Below are positions 1-10,660 of a stretch of DNA of 64,000 nucleotides, piece after piece. Origin of the DNA: Octopus sinensis (lineage: Eukaryota); contig NC_043004.1 in assembly GCF_006345805.1 (NCBI RefSeq), positions 64,914,001 to 64,978,000 on the forward strand, written 5' to 3'. The position numbers and the translations under genes were made by a program. The first letter of the stretch is position 1; each line of letters begins with the position of its first letter. The notes under the pieces are model-generated. The model was not told the origin of the DNA. It saw only the letters and a program-made list of their open reading frames with translations, and searched no databases.

Positions 1-2
1 TG

Positions 3-203
3 GCAGGCGCTAGCGTAACGAAAACAGCCGGAATGTTTGCTGTATCAAGAAGTACTGTCTCGAAAGTAATGACAGCTTTTGAGAAAGAGGGAAAAACCTC
101 CTCGTCGAAACAAAACTCCGGAAGAAAACCGAAACTTTAAGATAGGGACCGTTGGACTCTTACGCGAAATGCTATAAAGTATCATAAAAGTACAGCTCTC
201 AAG
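3..203 (+). mobile_element. Tc1-family transposase N-terminal (HTH) remnant, running off the window edge
   Basis: Frame 3 reads AGASVTKTAGMFAVSRSTVSKVMTAFEKEGKTSSSKQNSGRKPKL*DRDRWTLTR, a typical Tc1 paired-like HTH plus GRKPK motif; in-frame TAA at 138-140. Confidence 0.8.
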
Positions 204-927
204 TGTGTGGAAAACAAATATGAAAAAAATGCGTGCTGATGACCCTGGGTGGGGGAAGGGGACTTTCGGAAAATTCAGAAGATCCGATTTTTCCGTATAA
301 ATTCGGGTAAAATGGATATATTTTGATTTTTTTTTACGGAATCCCACGTTTTTGGTTATGAAGGATCCTATTCTGAAAAACAAATTTCAAAAATCGCATT
401 TTCAAAATTTCATTATGTTATCGCAGTTTTGTGAGATTTGGCTGTTATTTCTAGCATGTGAATAGCCTGCTTGAAGGCCTGGCGATATATATTCTTTATT
501 TATTTTTCTTGCTGAAAATTTGAAATTTTACAAATTTTTATCAGAATCGTAATCTCCGTATTTCGCAAAAAAAAAAAAAAAAATTCCGATCGCCGAAATA
601 CCTTAACAAAGGAACTAAAAATTACTTAGGCAAATAGATATTACTTGCACTGCTTGAATAATTTGGTTGATTTGTGTTGGTTAATGTTTAAATTTGTTTA
701 ATCAGTGATTCAGAGAATATGGACAAAAGAAAAATGATTAACTTGTGAGGTTTGGAAAGCAAATCTCTGATGGATAACTCTTCAATGGGGAAGTTAAAGA
801 GAGAGCGCGAAACTGGAAGAAAACAGCGGGAGATTTGAAGACATATCAAGACTAGAGAGAGAAACAAGGGAGATTATTGACTGCAGAGTTACTATCGCTT
901 AATCTGTAAGGACAACTCTCTGGCCAC

Positions 928-1082
928 AGGTGTGTCCTTGTCCAGCCTTTTACCTTCAGGATAATTCCAGGCTCAAGTGTTGAATCTGTTACTATCGATT
1001 AATTTGTGTCATATGTAACAGATTCAACACTTCAATCTGGAATTTATTATCCTGTAGGTAAAAGCAGGATGAGGACACACCT
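928..1082. repeat. Imperfect inverted repeat (about 65-bp arms, 22-nt loop), MITE-like
   Basis: Arm 928-992 (aggtgtgtcc...gaatctgttac) is complementary to 1015-1082 (gtaacagattc...ggacacacct). Confidence 0.7.
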
Positions 1083-2150
1083 CTTGCCAGAATCGTTGTG
1101 TTGTACTTCTATATAATTACTTAAACTTAATTTGGAGCTTCGTTATATTACTTGCCATCACGTTATTTCTTACCACCTATGCATACCTCCACACATCTCA
1201 TATAATGTGGGTCTCGAGAATATATTGTTTAACGAAAGGCTGTTGTTCTGTCTTGGCTATTACTACTAAACCCTTACATGCTTGTCTTTAACGCCATCAG
1301 TTGAATATTATTTGATATTACGAAATACATATATCTCAGCAGAACTAAACCAAATCAAGACAAACTTTCAGTGAGGGTATCCATAGTGTCAAATGAAAAA
1401 AATTTTCGACGATTCTTTTTTTTTATTTCTTTAATTTTTCATGTGCTGGTGATGCCGCGTCTACTCACTGGCAAACACATCTCCGACAAACAACTAATAA
1501 TAAAGCTAATGTGAAGATCAAATAAATTGTGCCTTGTTTATTGGCAATATGACCGTCCCTAAATATATGTTTCAGAGCATGATCTCACATCAAGAAACAT
1601 ACATAAACGTGTAGCACATGAAGAATGGATTAGAACCTGTGTTTTGCCACTTACCAAATTTTCCACTCTCAACACAACCTCTCAACCTTGATATTTGCTT
1701 AGCATGTTAAATTCGTCTCAAGTGTCAAACCTTGAACAAACATTTTCCCTGCATGTTACATTATGCTATTTCCACCTTAAGCTTCCATTAATTGTTATGC
1801 GTGAACATCTTTTCATACTAATACAACACAATAAATTATGTTCAAATGCTTCCGTAATGTGAAATTACTACACTAATTCTTCTGTTAATTGTTCAATAAT
1901 ACAGTTCAGCAACATTGGCGCACAAACACTTCCAACAATCATTAATGACTTCCAACACAAGCAACAACAGATTCATTGAAAAGTTAAGATAACTTAGTTT
2001 TATATGAGGACAACACACAGCCTAACCAATATCCAAATTACCCATCAAAATCTTTTGTTATGTGTGTGTGTGATTCAATTAGGGATGATGTCTGATTTGT
2101 TGTTAAACTCTTATTAATTTCACAATCTCTAGTTTCTTCTTCCTTTATAT

Positions 2151-3296
2151 CATCATTATCATCGTTTAACGTCCGCTTTCCATACTGGCATGGGTTGGAC
2201 GATTTGATTGAGGTCTGGCGAACCAGATGGCCGCACCAGGCTCCAGTCTTGATCTGGCAGAGTTTCTACAGCTGGATGCCCTTCCTAACGCCAACCACTT
2301 TGAGAATGTAGTGGGTGCTTTTACGTGTAACCAGCATGAGGGCCTGTCAGGCGGTACTGGCAACGGCCACGTTCAAATGGTGCTTTTTATGTGGCACTGG
2401 CAACGACCTGGCTCGAATGTTTTTTCATGTGTCACCAGCACAAGTGCCAGTAAGGCGACGCAGGTAATGATTACGCTTGAATGGTGACTTTTATGTGCCA
2501 TCGGCACGGAGGCCAGCTTGTCGCTCTGGCAACGATCACACTCGTATGGTACTCTTAGCGCTCCACAAGCAACGGATGCCAGTCATCGAATTTGATTTTG
2601 ATTTCACTTGCCTCAACAGGTCTTCGCAAGCAGAGTTTAATGTCCAATGTAGGAAAAGTATGCATAAGTGGACTGGTTACACTCCTGGCATAGGCCACGA
2701 GGTTATGGTCTCACTTGGCTTGCCAGGTCTTCTCAAGCACAGCATATTTCCAAAGGTCTCAGTCACTATTATTGCAAATGAAATCCTTCTGTCAGTTTGT
2801 TTGAGATCCCACTGCATTTTTCTGAACTCTTTGTTTGTATTAATGAGAATTAGTGTAATTTCTGGCATAGGCCACATGGTTATGGTCTCACTTGCGCTTG
2901 CCGAGTCTTCTCATGTACAGCATATTTCCAAAGATCCCAGTCACTAGTCATTGCCTCAGTGAGGCCCAATGTTCGAAGGTCATGCTTCACTACCTCATCC
3001 CGGGTCTTCCACAGGTTCCCTCAATGGCTAGGGTGTGGAACTTTTTCACAAGGCTATCCACATCGATTCTTGCCACATAGCCACACCAGCGCAGTCGTCT
3101 CTCTTGCACACCATATCTGATACTTCTTAGGTCCAACTTTTCTCTCAAGGCACTAACACTCTGTCAAGTATGCACACTGACATTACACGTCCATCGAAGC
3201 ATACTGGCTTCATTCCCTGTGAGCTTACGCATGTCCTCAGCAGTCATGGCCCATGTTTCACTGCCATGTAGCATGGCTGTTCGTACACATGCGTCT
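2151..3296 (-). mobile_element. 5'-truncated RTE LINE (ORF C-terminus, 3'UTR, (GAT)n tail)
   Basis: Reverse strand carries the ...GRPKTWDEV..HDLRTLGLTEAMTSD.. type C-terminus and the GGAAGGGCATCCAGCTGTAGAAAC 3'UTR motif shared with the other RTE copies in the window. Confidence 0.9.
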
Positions 3297-3409
3297 AATA
3301 TATATATATATATTAATATGACAACAAAAGAATGAAAGAGACCTCAATATTATATAAAATAGAGGAATTTATCTATAAATATAATATGTGACAATTAGTT
3401 GGTTGCCAT

Positions 3410-3470
3410 AATAAAACTCAGAGTTTTGGATACTGGGGCTGAAGTCTGCTCCGGCATTTCATCAGTTATT
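3410..3470 (-). ncRNA. Degenerate type I hammerhead ribozyme motif (probably inactive)
   Basis: Minus strand: AATAA CTGATGA [stem II] C-AAAA CTC-T-GAG TT TTATT. Stem I AATAA/TTATT is present but G12 of GAAA is replaced by A. Confidence 0.4.
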
Positions 3471-3584
3471 AAAACAAAATGCTATGAAAAAAAAAACCTT
3501 TGAATAAAGGGAAATTACTCCAATAGGCATAGTGAAAGTAATACTTCATTCATAGAATCTGCATATGCACACATATACACACAT

Positions 3585-4616
3585 AATTCTCCAATAGATT
3601 GCATTATTTGAGAATGGAATCTTGCTCATTTCTTGATTGGCTTCATCACCTCACATGATTTTAACCATCTTTCTACAAGCAGATAAGATAATCAACTTGA
3701 CTAAAGAAGGCAATTTTGTTTGTAGTGCAATCATTTCGGCTATCTCAATAGACACGACTTGAGCCTTTTCAGAAGCATTCATCCTTTTCCCAAAATAGTT
3801 TCATTGTTTAGATTGCTGTTCTAGCAGTCTTTGGAAATAATTCAGATTTTTACAATGAAGACGAGTGTTTAGTTGTAAAATGCCTTTTCAACTTGCAAGA
3901 CAACATGCCTTCATTAGACATCTTTTCACCACAAACAACATACAGCGGAAGAGGTTGATCCTCGTTGCCAGTCCAATGAAACTCAGACTTTAAATAGCTA
4001 TTGCAATATTTATGATTGGGTCAAGCTTTCACATTATTATCACTATGCTTAGTTGCTTTTGACAAACATTCACTTTCAGATTCATAATCGTCATCGTTAT
4101 GCTTCCTCTTAAACTTTTCCATTTTATGGGTAATTTAGTCTGTTAGTATGAATTGTATTGCACAAAGAGCACAGATTACTAATAGAGTCAAACTGAGACA
4201 AATGACCAGTGAGCTGTGAAAAGTGACAACGTATCACAATATTATTGGACTCTTTTGAGAAGTCTTTCAAAATTAATTGTAAAGATGAAAATTCTCGCCC
4301 CTATATCAATGAAAAAAATTAAAATATAGCCGCACTGAATATGTCCATAAGACGTCAATTTCTAGGATAGACTGATGCTAATTTAGTTCTTATCTTTATG
4401 AAATTTCAGATTCAAAATTGAATAACACTGTAATACCATTACTAGCCTAAATGAATGACTCAACCACCTCTTATTCTTAGTTTAGAACTTAGTATTTAGT
4501 TTTTTGCCACTTAGACATTTCTATATGAACTTTCTAGTGAATTTCGGTTTGTATTTTTCATATTTTCTCAAGGCGCACCTTATTACATCTTGCGGTGCAC
4601 AGTTTGGGAACCACTA
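3585..4616 (-). mobile_element. hAT (Charlie/Buster-like) DNA transposon, 5' part with TIR and decayed transposase N-terminus
   Basis: Minus strand starts TAGTGGTTCCCAAACTG (Charlie-type TIR, 4616-4602). Decayed ORF from about 4128 reads ..YLKSEFHWTGNEDQPLPLYVVCGEKMSNEGMLSCKLKRHFTTKH..SEKAQVVS..EMSKIPFSNNAI. Confidence 0.85.
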
Positions 4617-5059
4617 CCTAGTCCAAAGACAAATTTAACTCTTCCCCTTTGGGAGGTGGAAAGCTGTTACAGTCATTGGTTAATTGGTCAGCAGAGAATA
4701 AAAAGTCTAGCGTTAATGAGGACGGGTTATCTCCTCTAGACCAGCTATTTGGAGAGGGGAATAAGAGATGTATCACTTGGCCTGCTAATGGATCGTAAGG
4801 ACTCTTCTGGGTTTAGTCAGCAAATGAGGAATCCCATGTTTGGAGCTGGTAGTGCTTGAACTGGATGCATGTGTGAAAATTTCTTAGCGAGTACTCAGCA
4901 ACCCAGGTCTCAGGGAGTCTTTGAGTATACTAGCATGCTCAGCTATGCAGAACTGGCAGCGCACACTCCCGTTGATGTGGGGGACCTGGCCATTCTAAGA
5001 TCTTCCACTTGATATCGTATGGGGTCGCTTCATTTTGAGTCGCTACACATGGCTGACCA

Positions 5060-5830
5060 GGTATGGAAGCAAAATCTGGAATCAAAAGGCCTTAAAGTTA
5101 ACCTAGTGAAGTTGTTGTTCACAAGAAAGCAGAAAAGACTCTCTCACTTGCTTCCTTGCTCAATATGTAGAAAAGGAGTAGGAAGTAATTCCATTTGTTG
5201 CACCCAGTATAAGCTATGGACACATAAAAGGTGCAGTGGAATCACATGTAAATTAACAGAAGTCATCTTCATGTGTGGCAGATGTGCAGGAACAATACAC
5301 ACTCAGGACACACGGGAATTAGACTCTCTCAAATGCCCAGGAGGCTCTCTTGAGGTTGTAAACAATTTCTGTTACCTAGGTGACTAAGTTAGCATTGGTG
5401 GAGGATGTTCTGAAAGGATTGTTGCTAGAATAAGAATAAGAATAGGATGGAGGAAGTTCAGAGAGTTATCACCTCTGCTGGTAACAAAAGGACTCTCTCT
5501 CGGAGTGAATTGCATACTGTATGATGCTTGTGTACAAATGGCTACACACCATGGTTGTGAGACATAAGACTGAGAGGAAAGTTGAACATAAGAGGAATCA
5601 GATGCAGCATGCAAGAGAGTTAGTTTGGACATGTGATGCGTATGAATGTAGACAACTGTATAAACAGGTGCCAATAACTGAAAGTGGATGGCACCTGTGG
5701 AAGAGGGAGACCCAGGAAGACATGGAATGAAGTAACAGGACCAATCTCAGAATGTTGGGCCTCACAGAAGAGATGACAATGGACGAAGATGATTGGCGAT
5801 TGGTTCTTGAGAAAACCCACCCATCTCAGC
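5060..5830 (+). mobile_element. RTE LINE fragment (post-RT region with Cys/His finger to ORF end), decayed
   Basis: QVWKQNLESKGLKVNL..PCSICRKGVGSNSICCTQYKLWTHKRC..LEVVNNFCYLGD, with frameshifts downstream. Confidence 0.9.
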
Positions 5831-6502
5831 GGAATTCTGCTTTAAGCACCCCATACAACCACTCATAACTTCTTTTATTTTTGGAATTTTCAGAAAATAC
5901 ATGCGAATTTGTATTCTCCACATGGGAATTCATATGACTATAAAAGAAAATTTGGGCTAATGCAGTTTCACACCTCTCCTTGAAAAATGCATTTTTTTAA
6001 AAATATCTTTTTTGATTCCTGCATTTTAGATGTCAGAGATTATGACTATGCAAAAAAGAAAAATTTAATTCCCCTGCCTCACACACGCACACACACAATT
6101 TAACATCTTGAACTTTTTCCAAATTTTAAAAAAGTTTTCGAAATAAAAAAATTACTAAAAGAAATATTTTAAATTTTTAAAAAATCAGTTTAACATAGGG
6201 ATAGTCCAGATTTTTGGCTTAAATCCTTGCAATAAACCATTAAATGTGGAGAAATATATTGAAAAAACATCAATATGTCAGAGTGATAAGAAACAAGGAA
6301 GGTATCAGGTGGTCATGAGATGTGTTAAAAATAACAATGAAATAGCCCTTAAATCTATTCTCTTAGATTTTTTACATAATTGTATGACTTCCTGTGTGTA
6401 GAACACAAATTCGCAAAAGTTTCTGAAAATTACAAAAACTTAAAAAGTTATGAGGGGTTACATGGAGTGCTTAGAGCATGCAGTGGGACTGAACTCAGAA
6501 CC

Positions 6503-6839
6503 CTGCCAGCCTCGTCTGGCACCTGTGTCGGTGGCACATAAAAAACACCATCCGAGCGTGGCCGTCTGCCAGCCTCGTCTGGCACCTGTGTCGGTGGCAC
6601 ATAAAAAACACCATCCGAGCGTGGCCGTTTGTCAGCCTCGTCTGGCACCTGTGTCGGTGGCACATAGAATCACCCACTACACTCTCGGAGTGGTTGGCGT
6701 TAGGAAGGGCATCCAGCTGTAGAAACACTGCCAGATCTGACTGGACTGGTGCAGCTTTCGGGCTCCCCAGACCCCAGTTGAACCGTCCAACCCATGCTAG
6801 CATGGAAAGCGGACGTTAAATGATGATGATGATGATGAT
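6503..6839 (+). mobile_element. RTE 3'UTR-only insertion with three 63-bp internal repeats and (GAT)n tail
   Basis: Units start at 6503, 6566 and 6629; ends CATGCTAGCATGGAAAGCGGACGTTAAA(TGA)n; nearly identical to copies at 27177 and 63220. Confidence 0.9.
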
Positions 6840-6941
6840 ATAGATATGTGAACATAATCAAAAAGGGTAATAACATAGGTTATTATTACCAGTGGCCTAG
6901 CACAAAAGACGAATTAGTCATTAGACAAAATATTATTCATG

Positions 6942-7012
6942 TAGAAATATAATAAAAGGCTCCCAAATAAGCACTAAGCTTCCTTATTTGGGAGCCTTTT
7001 ATTATATTTCTA
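6942..7012. repeat. Perfect 30-bp inverted repeat with 11-nt loop
   Basis: TAGAAATATAATAAAAGGCTCCCAAATAAG (6942-6971) is the exact reverse complement of 6983-7012; it abuts a (TA)n/(GATA)n tract. Confidence 0.95.
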
Positions 7013-7029
7013 TATATATATATATATAT

Positions 7030-7061
<32 letters not shown>

Positions 7062-7979
7062 ACTTACTTGATATATATATATATATATATATAGATAGAT
7101 AGATAGATTCATTTGAATATGGTACTTCAGTTGAGGCACCAGAATTTAGTACGGTATTATCCATACAATTTCAAAGTAAGGTGATTAAAATCAAAATAAG
7201 CAACAAGGATATTCAGAGGTAATACAATACGATCGTTTCATGCAACTTCATTTAATTCAACTCCATTTAATTCAAAAATGCAATCATTACATCATTTTAA
7301 AAGCAGAGCAATCCTCAGCTGCACAGAGACATAGAATTTAATAAAATCAAAACAGATGGGCACATTAGTATAATCATACCTGAAATCTCCAAGAAGTTAA
7401 GGAGATAGACAAAGAGCATGCTGCCTTCACTCCAGCATAGCAGCTACTAAGGCATCAAGAAGATATACATTGTTACAGACTCTGCTTGTCACTGATTTTT
7501 TGTTTTTATGGGGTCAGTTTTAATTTATAGGTTACTTTATCAAATCCTTGTATATCTAAGGCTGATAGAACAAAGGGGCAGTATCTGTTAGAGGTAGGGC
7601 TGAGGGAGCAGACAGAAATCATAGTTGGTACAATCATAAAAATCAAGATTTATTAGAAGCAATATCATGAGGTTTGGTAAAGGAAAACTTAAAACAAGAT
7701 GTTAGCTGACAATTATCATGTAGTACTAAGTTAAAATATTTTAAACAATGTTGCTTTATTGTTGTCTGAGAGAGAAAATGAGATGTTAGAACATAAAATA
7801 TATGCATATACACTCATTCACACATTACTACTTAATCTTTAAAACCTACTACGGTAATATAATTAACTGTGTATAAAATGAAATGACTCCTCTAACTGTA
7901 TGCTTACCAAAAACACTGAAGAACGTCATGTAAAAATAAGAGTTGCTCCCCTTGACATATTGCTTCATCTCTGTTAACT

Positions 7980-8705
7980 TTTTTCAAACTTCGGACACTG
8001 GTAGAATGTGTCATATAAAACATCTTATAAAACATCTTAGCGTTTTTGAGAAAAGTTCATATTTACGAAGTTATTTCGTGTGAAAGTTGTCGTATTTCAG
8101 TAATTTCAACCAATCAATGATGTGTATTCAGCTGAATAAAATTACTGCCATTGTTTGTCAACAACAATTATCGGTGGTGTATATTTCGTTTGTCATTGTT
8201 ATTTATGACATCGTTCGTGCGTTTGTACTGGTTTTAGCTTTAAGGTTTTAGGGTTAGGGTTGGGGTTTTAGGTTAGAGTTATGGAATAAAATGAAAAATG
8301 AAGAAATTGGAGGGGTAGGGGTATGGGGGGGGGGGGGGCAAAACAAGTCTTTCCGAAAATAGTAGCTGAAAAACAGGAAAACAAAAACTAAAAGCAATAG
8401 AAATGCTCGAACGATTATAGTGGTGCCATGAAGTAAACATGCTTCAGATACACTCGTTTATTCATACGAACATAACTGAGATGAAATATGTCAGTAATAA
8501 ACGAAATATACACCGCCACAAGTTGTTGTTGACAAACAACTGCAGTAATTTTATTCAGCTGAATACACGTCATTGATTGGTTGAAATTGCCGAAATACAA
8601 GAACTTTAACACGAAATAACTTCATAATTATAAACTTTTCTCAAAAATGTTAAGAGTAAAAGATGTTTTATATGACACATTCTACCAGTATACGAAGTTT
8701 GAAAG
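7980..8705. mobile_element. Non-autonomous fold-back DNA element with about 210-bp TIRs
   Basis: About 7983-8190 is complementary to about 8498-8704; the non-coding centre contains TTAGGG-like repeats (about 8245-8280). Confidence 0.75.
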
Positions 8706-9905
8706 TGTTTAGTTACAAAAAAATATTTTCTAAATCTGCTGGTAAAGATCCTATATATATATTATATTTGTATATATATGTATTATATATATATATAATA
8801 TTAATTAGAGACAAAACCACTAATATGTGTAAGCCTTTGAATAATATATTATCCTTATGTTAATCTTGCTGTTTATGTAGTGATCTATTTATCGTATTTT
8901 TCTTTGTTTTTAGTTATTAAATAATTTAGATATACTTTGATAAATAGATAGGTTTCGATTTAAAATGGTTTAGGTTTGTTTAATAATAGAATAATTTTAT
9001 ATACGATAATATTCCCATTCATAAATTTGTTTATAGTAATGATAGTATTTTTTAATAATATATTACTAAGTAAGGATTATTCCTATATGTAGCTGAGTAT
9101 CTGTGTCTTCTGGATTTGTCCCTCCTCTGTGTTAGAGTATTGCAGTGTGAATACGGTTATGTATGAATGATTGATTGTATGTGTGTGTGTGTGAGTATGC
9201 ATTATTAATGTGTAGAAATATTGTCTTTATGTATTTTTGTATGTATAAATATATAAGTGTGTGTGTGTTTGTTTACATATTTATATATGTTTATTAAATG
9301 CATATAGTATATAGAATATATATGTGAGTGTGTTTGTTTACGTATTTATATATGGTTATTACATATATATAGTATATAGTATTTAATATTTTACTAAGAA
9401 TGAAATGTTTCTATAAGTTTGTTGTTGAGTATCTGCGGCTACTGGATGTTATATTTCCTCTGTGTTATTATCATGCTGAGAGAATTTGTTTATGAATGAG
9501 AGATTGTATGTGTGTGTGTGGGAGTATGAATTAGTAATGTGTAGAAGTATACGGCTAAATTATAAATTTATCTTTGTCTATATGTTTATGTGTATGTATA
9601 GATATATATATGTGTGTGTGAGTTTGTGTATGTATTTAGATATGTTTATATACATACATGGATATTTGTGCATGAGCAAGTGTGTGTATATATATTTTTT
9701 ATTTTTTGTTTTTGTTTTTTGAAATTAGCTATTTCATCTTTAAATATGAGAATTTAAATACTAGGTTTCATTATATACAATCGTTTATAGAGGTTATTTT
9801 AGTTCTTGATTATATATATTTTCATTGATAATTTTATATTTTATATATATTAGTCATTTCAAATTTATATCTTAAAAATATTGATTATATTTTAGGTCTT
9901 GAAAA

Positions 9906-9951
9906 CCACCTGATGAATGTCCATTGAAGTGACAAGAAACGATCGTAGTGG
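9906..9951 (+). ncRNA. Minimal type I hammerhead ribozyme motif
   Basis: CCAC CTGATGA A-TGTC-cattgaagt-GACA-A GAAA CGATCG TA GTGG: stem I CCAC/GTGG, palindromic stem III CGATCG, GUA cleavage triplet. Positions 10.1/11.1 are an A.A mismatch. Confidence 0.75.
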
Positions 9952-10146
9952 ATATCTTAATTAATCTTAATTATATTTAATTTATATAAAAATTTTTATG
10001 TATTGGATTAAGTCTTTCTTTGTTTGATTTGCATAATAGTGGTTTTGTCTCTAATTAATATTATATTATATTTTACTATAAAATTGGATTCAATCATAAA
10101 TCTGATTTTTCCCTGTAAATTTGGATTTATTCCCTAATATTTATTA

Positions 10147-10519
10147 TCTCTCTCTATATAAACGGCAGTTTGTCTGTGTGTGTTTCTGTGTGTCTGTTAG
10201 GTTGTACCCTCACCCTGACCACGGCTTTCAACCGATTCTGATGAAACTTGACACACACATAGCCCAATGTCATAATTCAAAACTAACGCAGCGAAAATTT
10301 TGAAAAGTTCCCCCAGTTCTGAAAAAAATTGATAAATTCGACATGGGGTCGAGAATTAGAAACACAAACCACAGACTGTCTAGGGGACGCAACTCCACCA
10401 TTTTAACTCTCAAAAATAAATTTTTTCCATCTTTTTGCTATTTTTTGGCTATAACTCTCTAAAAATGCTTTATAGTTATTTCCCTTACAAACCCGAGCAA
10501 CGCCGGGCGATACTGCTAG
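10147..10519 (+). mobile_element. Complete non-autonomous Helitron (373 bp)
   Basis: 5' TC(TC)nTATATAAA after an A; 3' hairpin CCCGAGCAACGCCGGG then CTAG (10516-10519) before a T; A|T target with no TSD. Confidence 0.9.
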
Positions 10520-10520
10520 T

Positions 10521-10573
<53 letters not shown>

Positions 10574-10660
10574 TATATTATATATATATATATATAATAT
10601 ATATATATATATAATACATATATATACAAATATAATATATATATATAGTATCATTGTATA

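Noticed and set aside
236-290. CTGATGA followed by a CCCT/AGGG hairpin
   Set aside because: No GAAA at the stem II exit and no stem I or III; not a hammerhead.
4620-5050. GC-richer unexplained segment (and a similar one at 45200-45700) as possible host exons
   Set aside because: No convincing ORF or splice pair; more likely decayed LINE pieces that I cannot classify by eye.
8245-8285. TTAGGG repeats as a telomere or interstitial fusion site
   Set aside because: Only a few degenerate units, located inside a TIR element.
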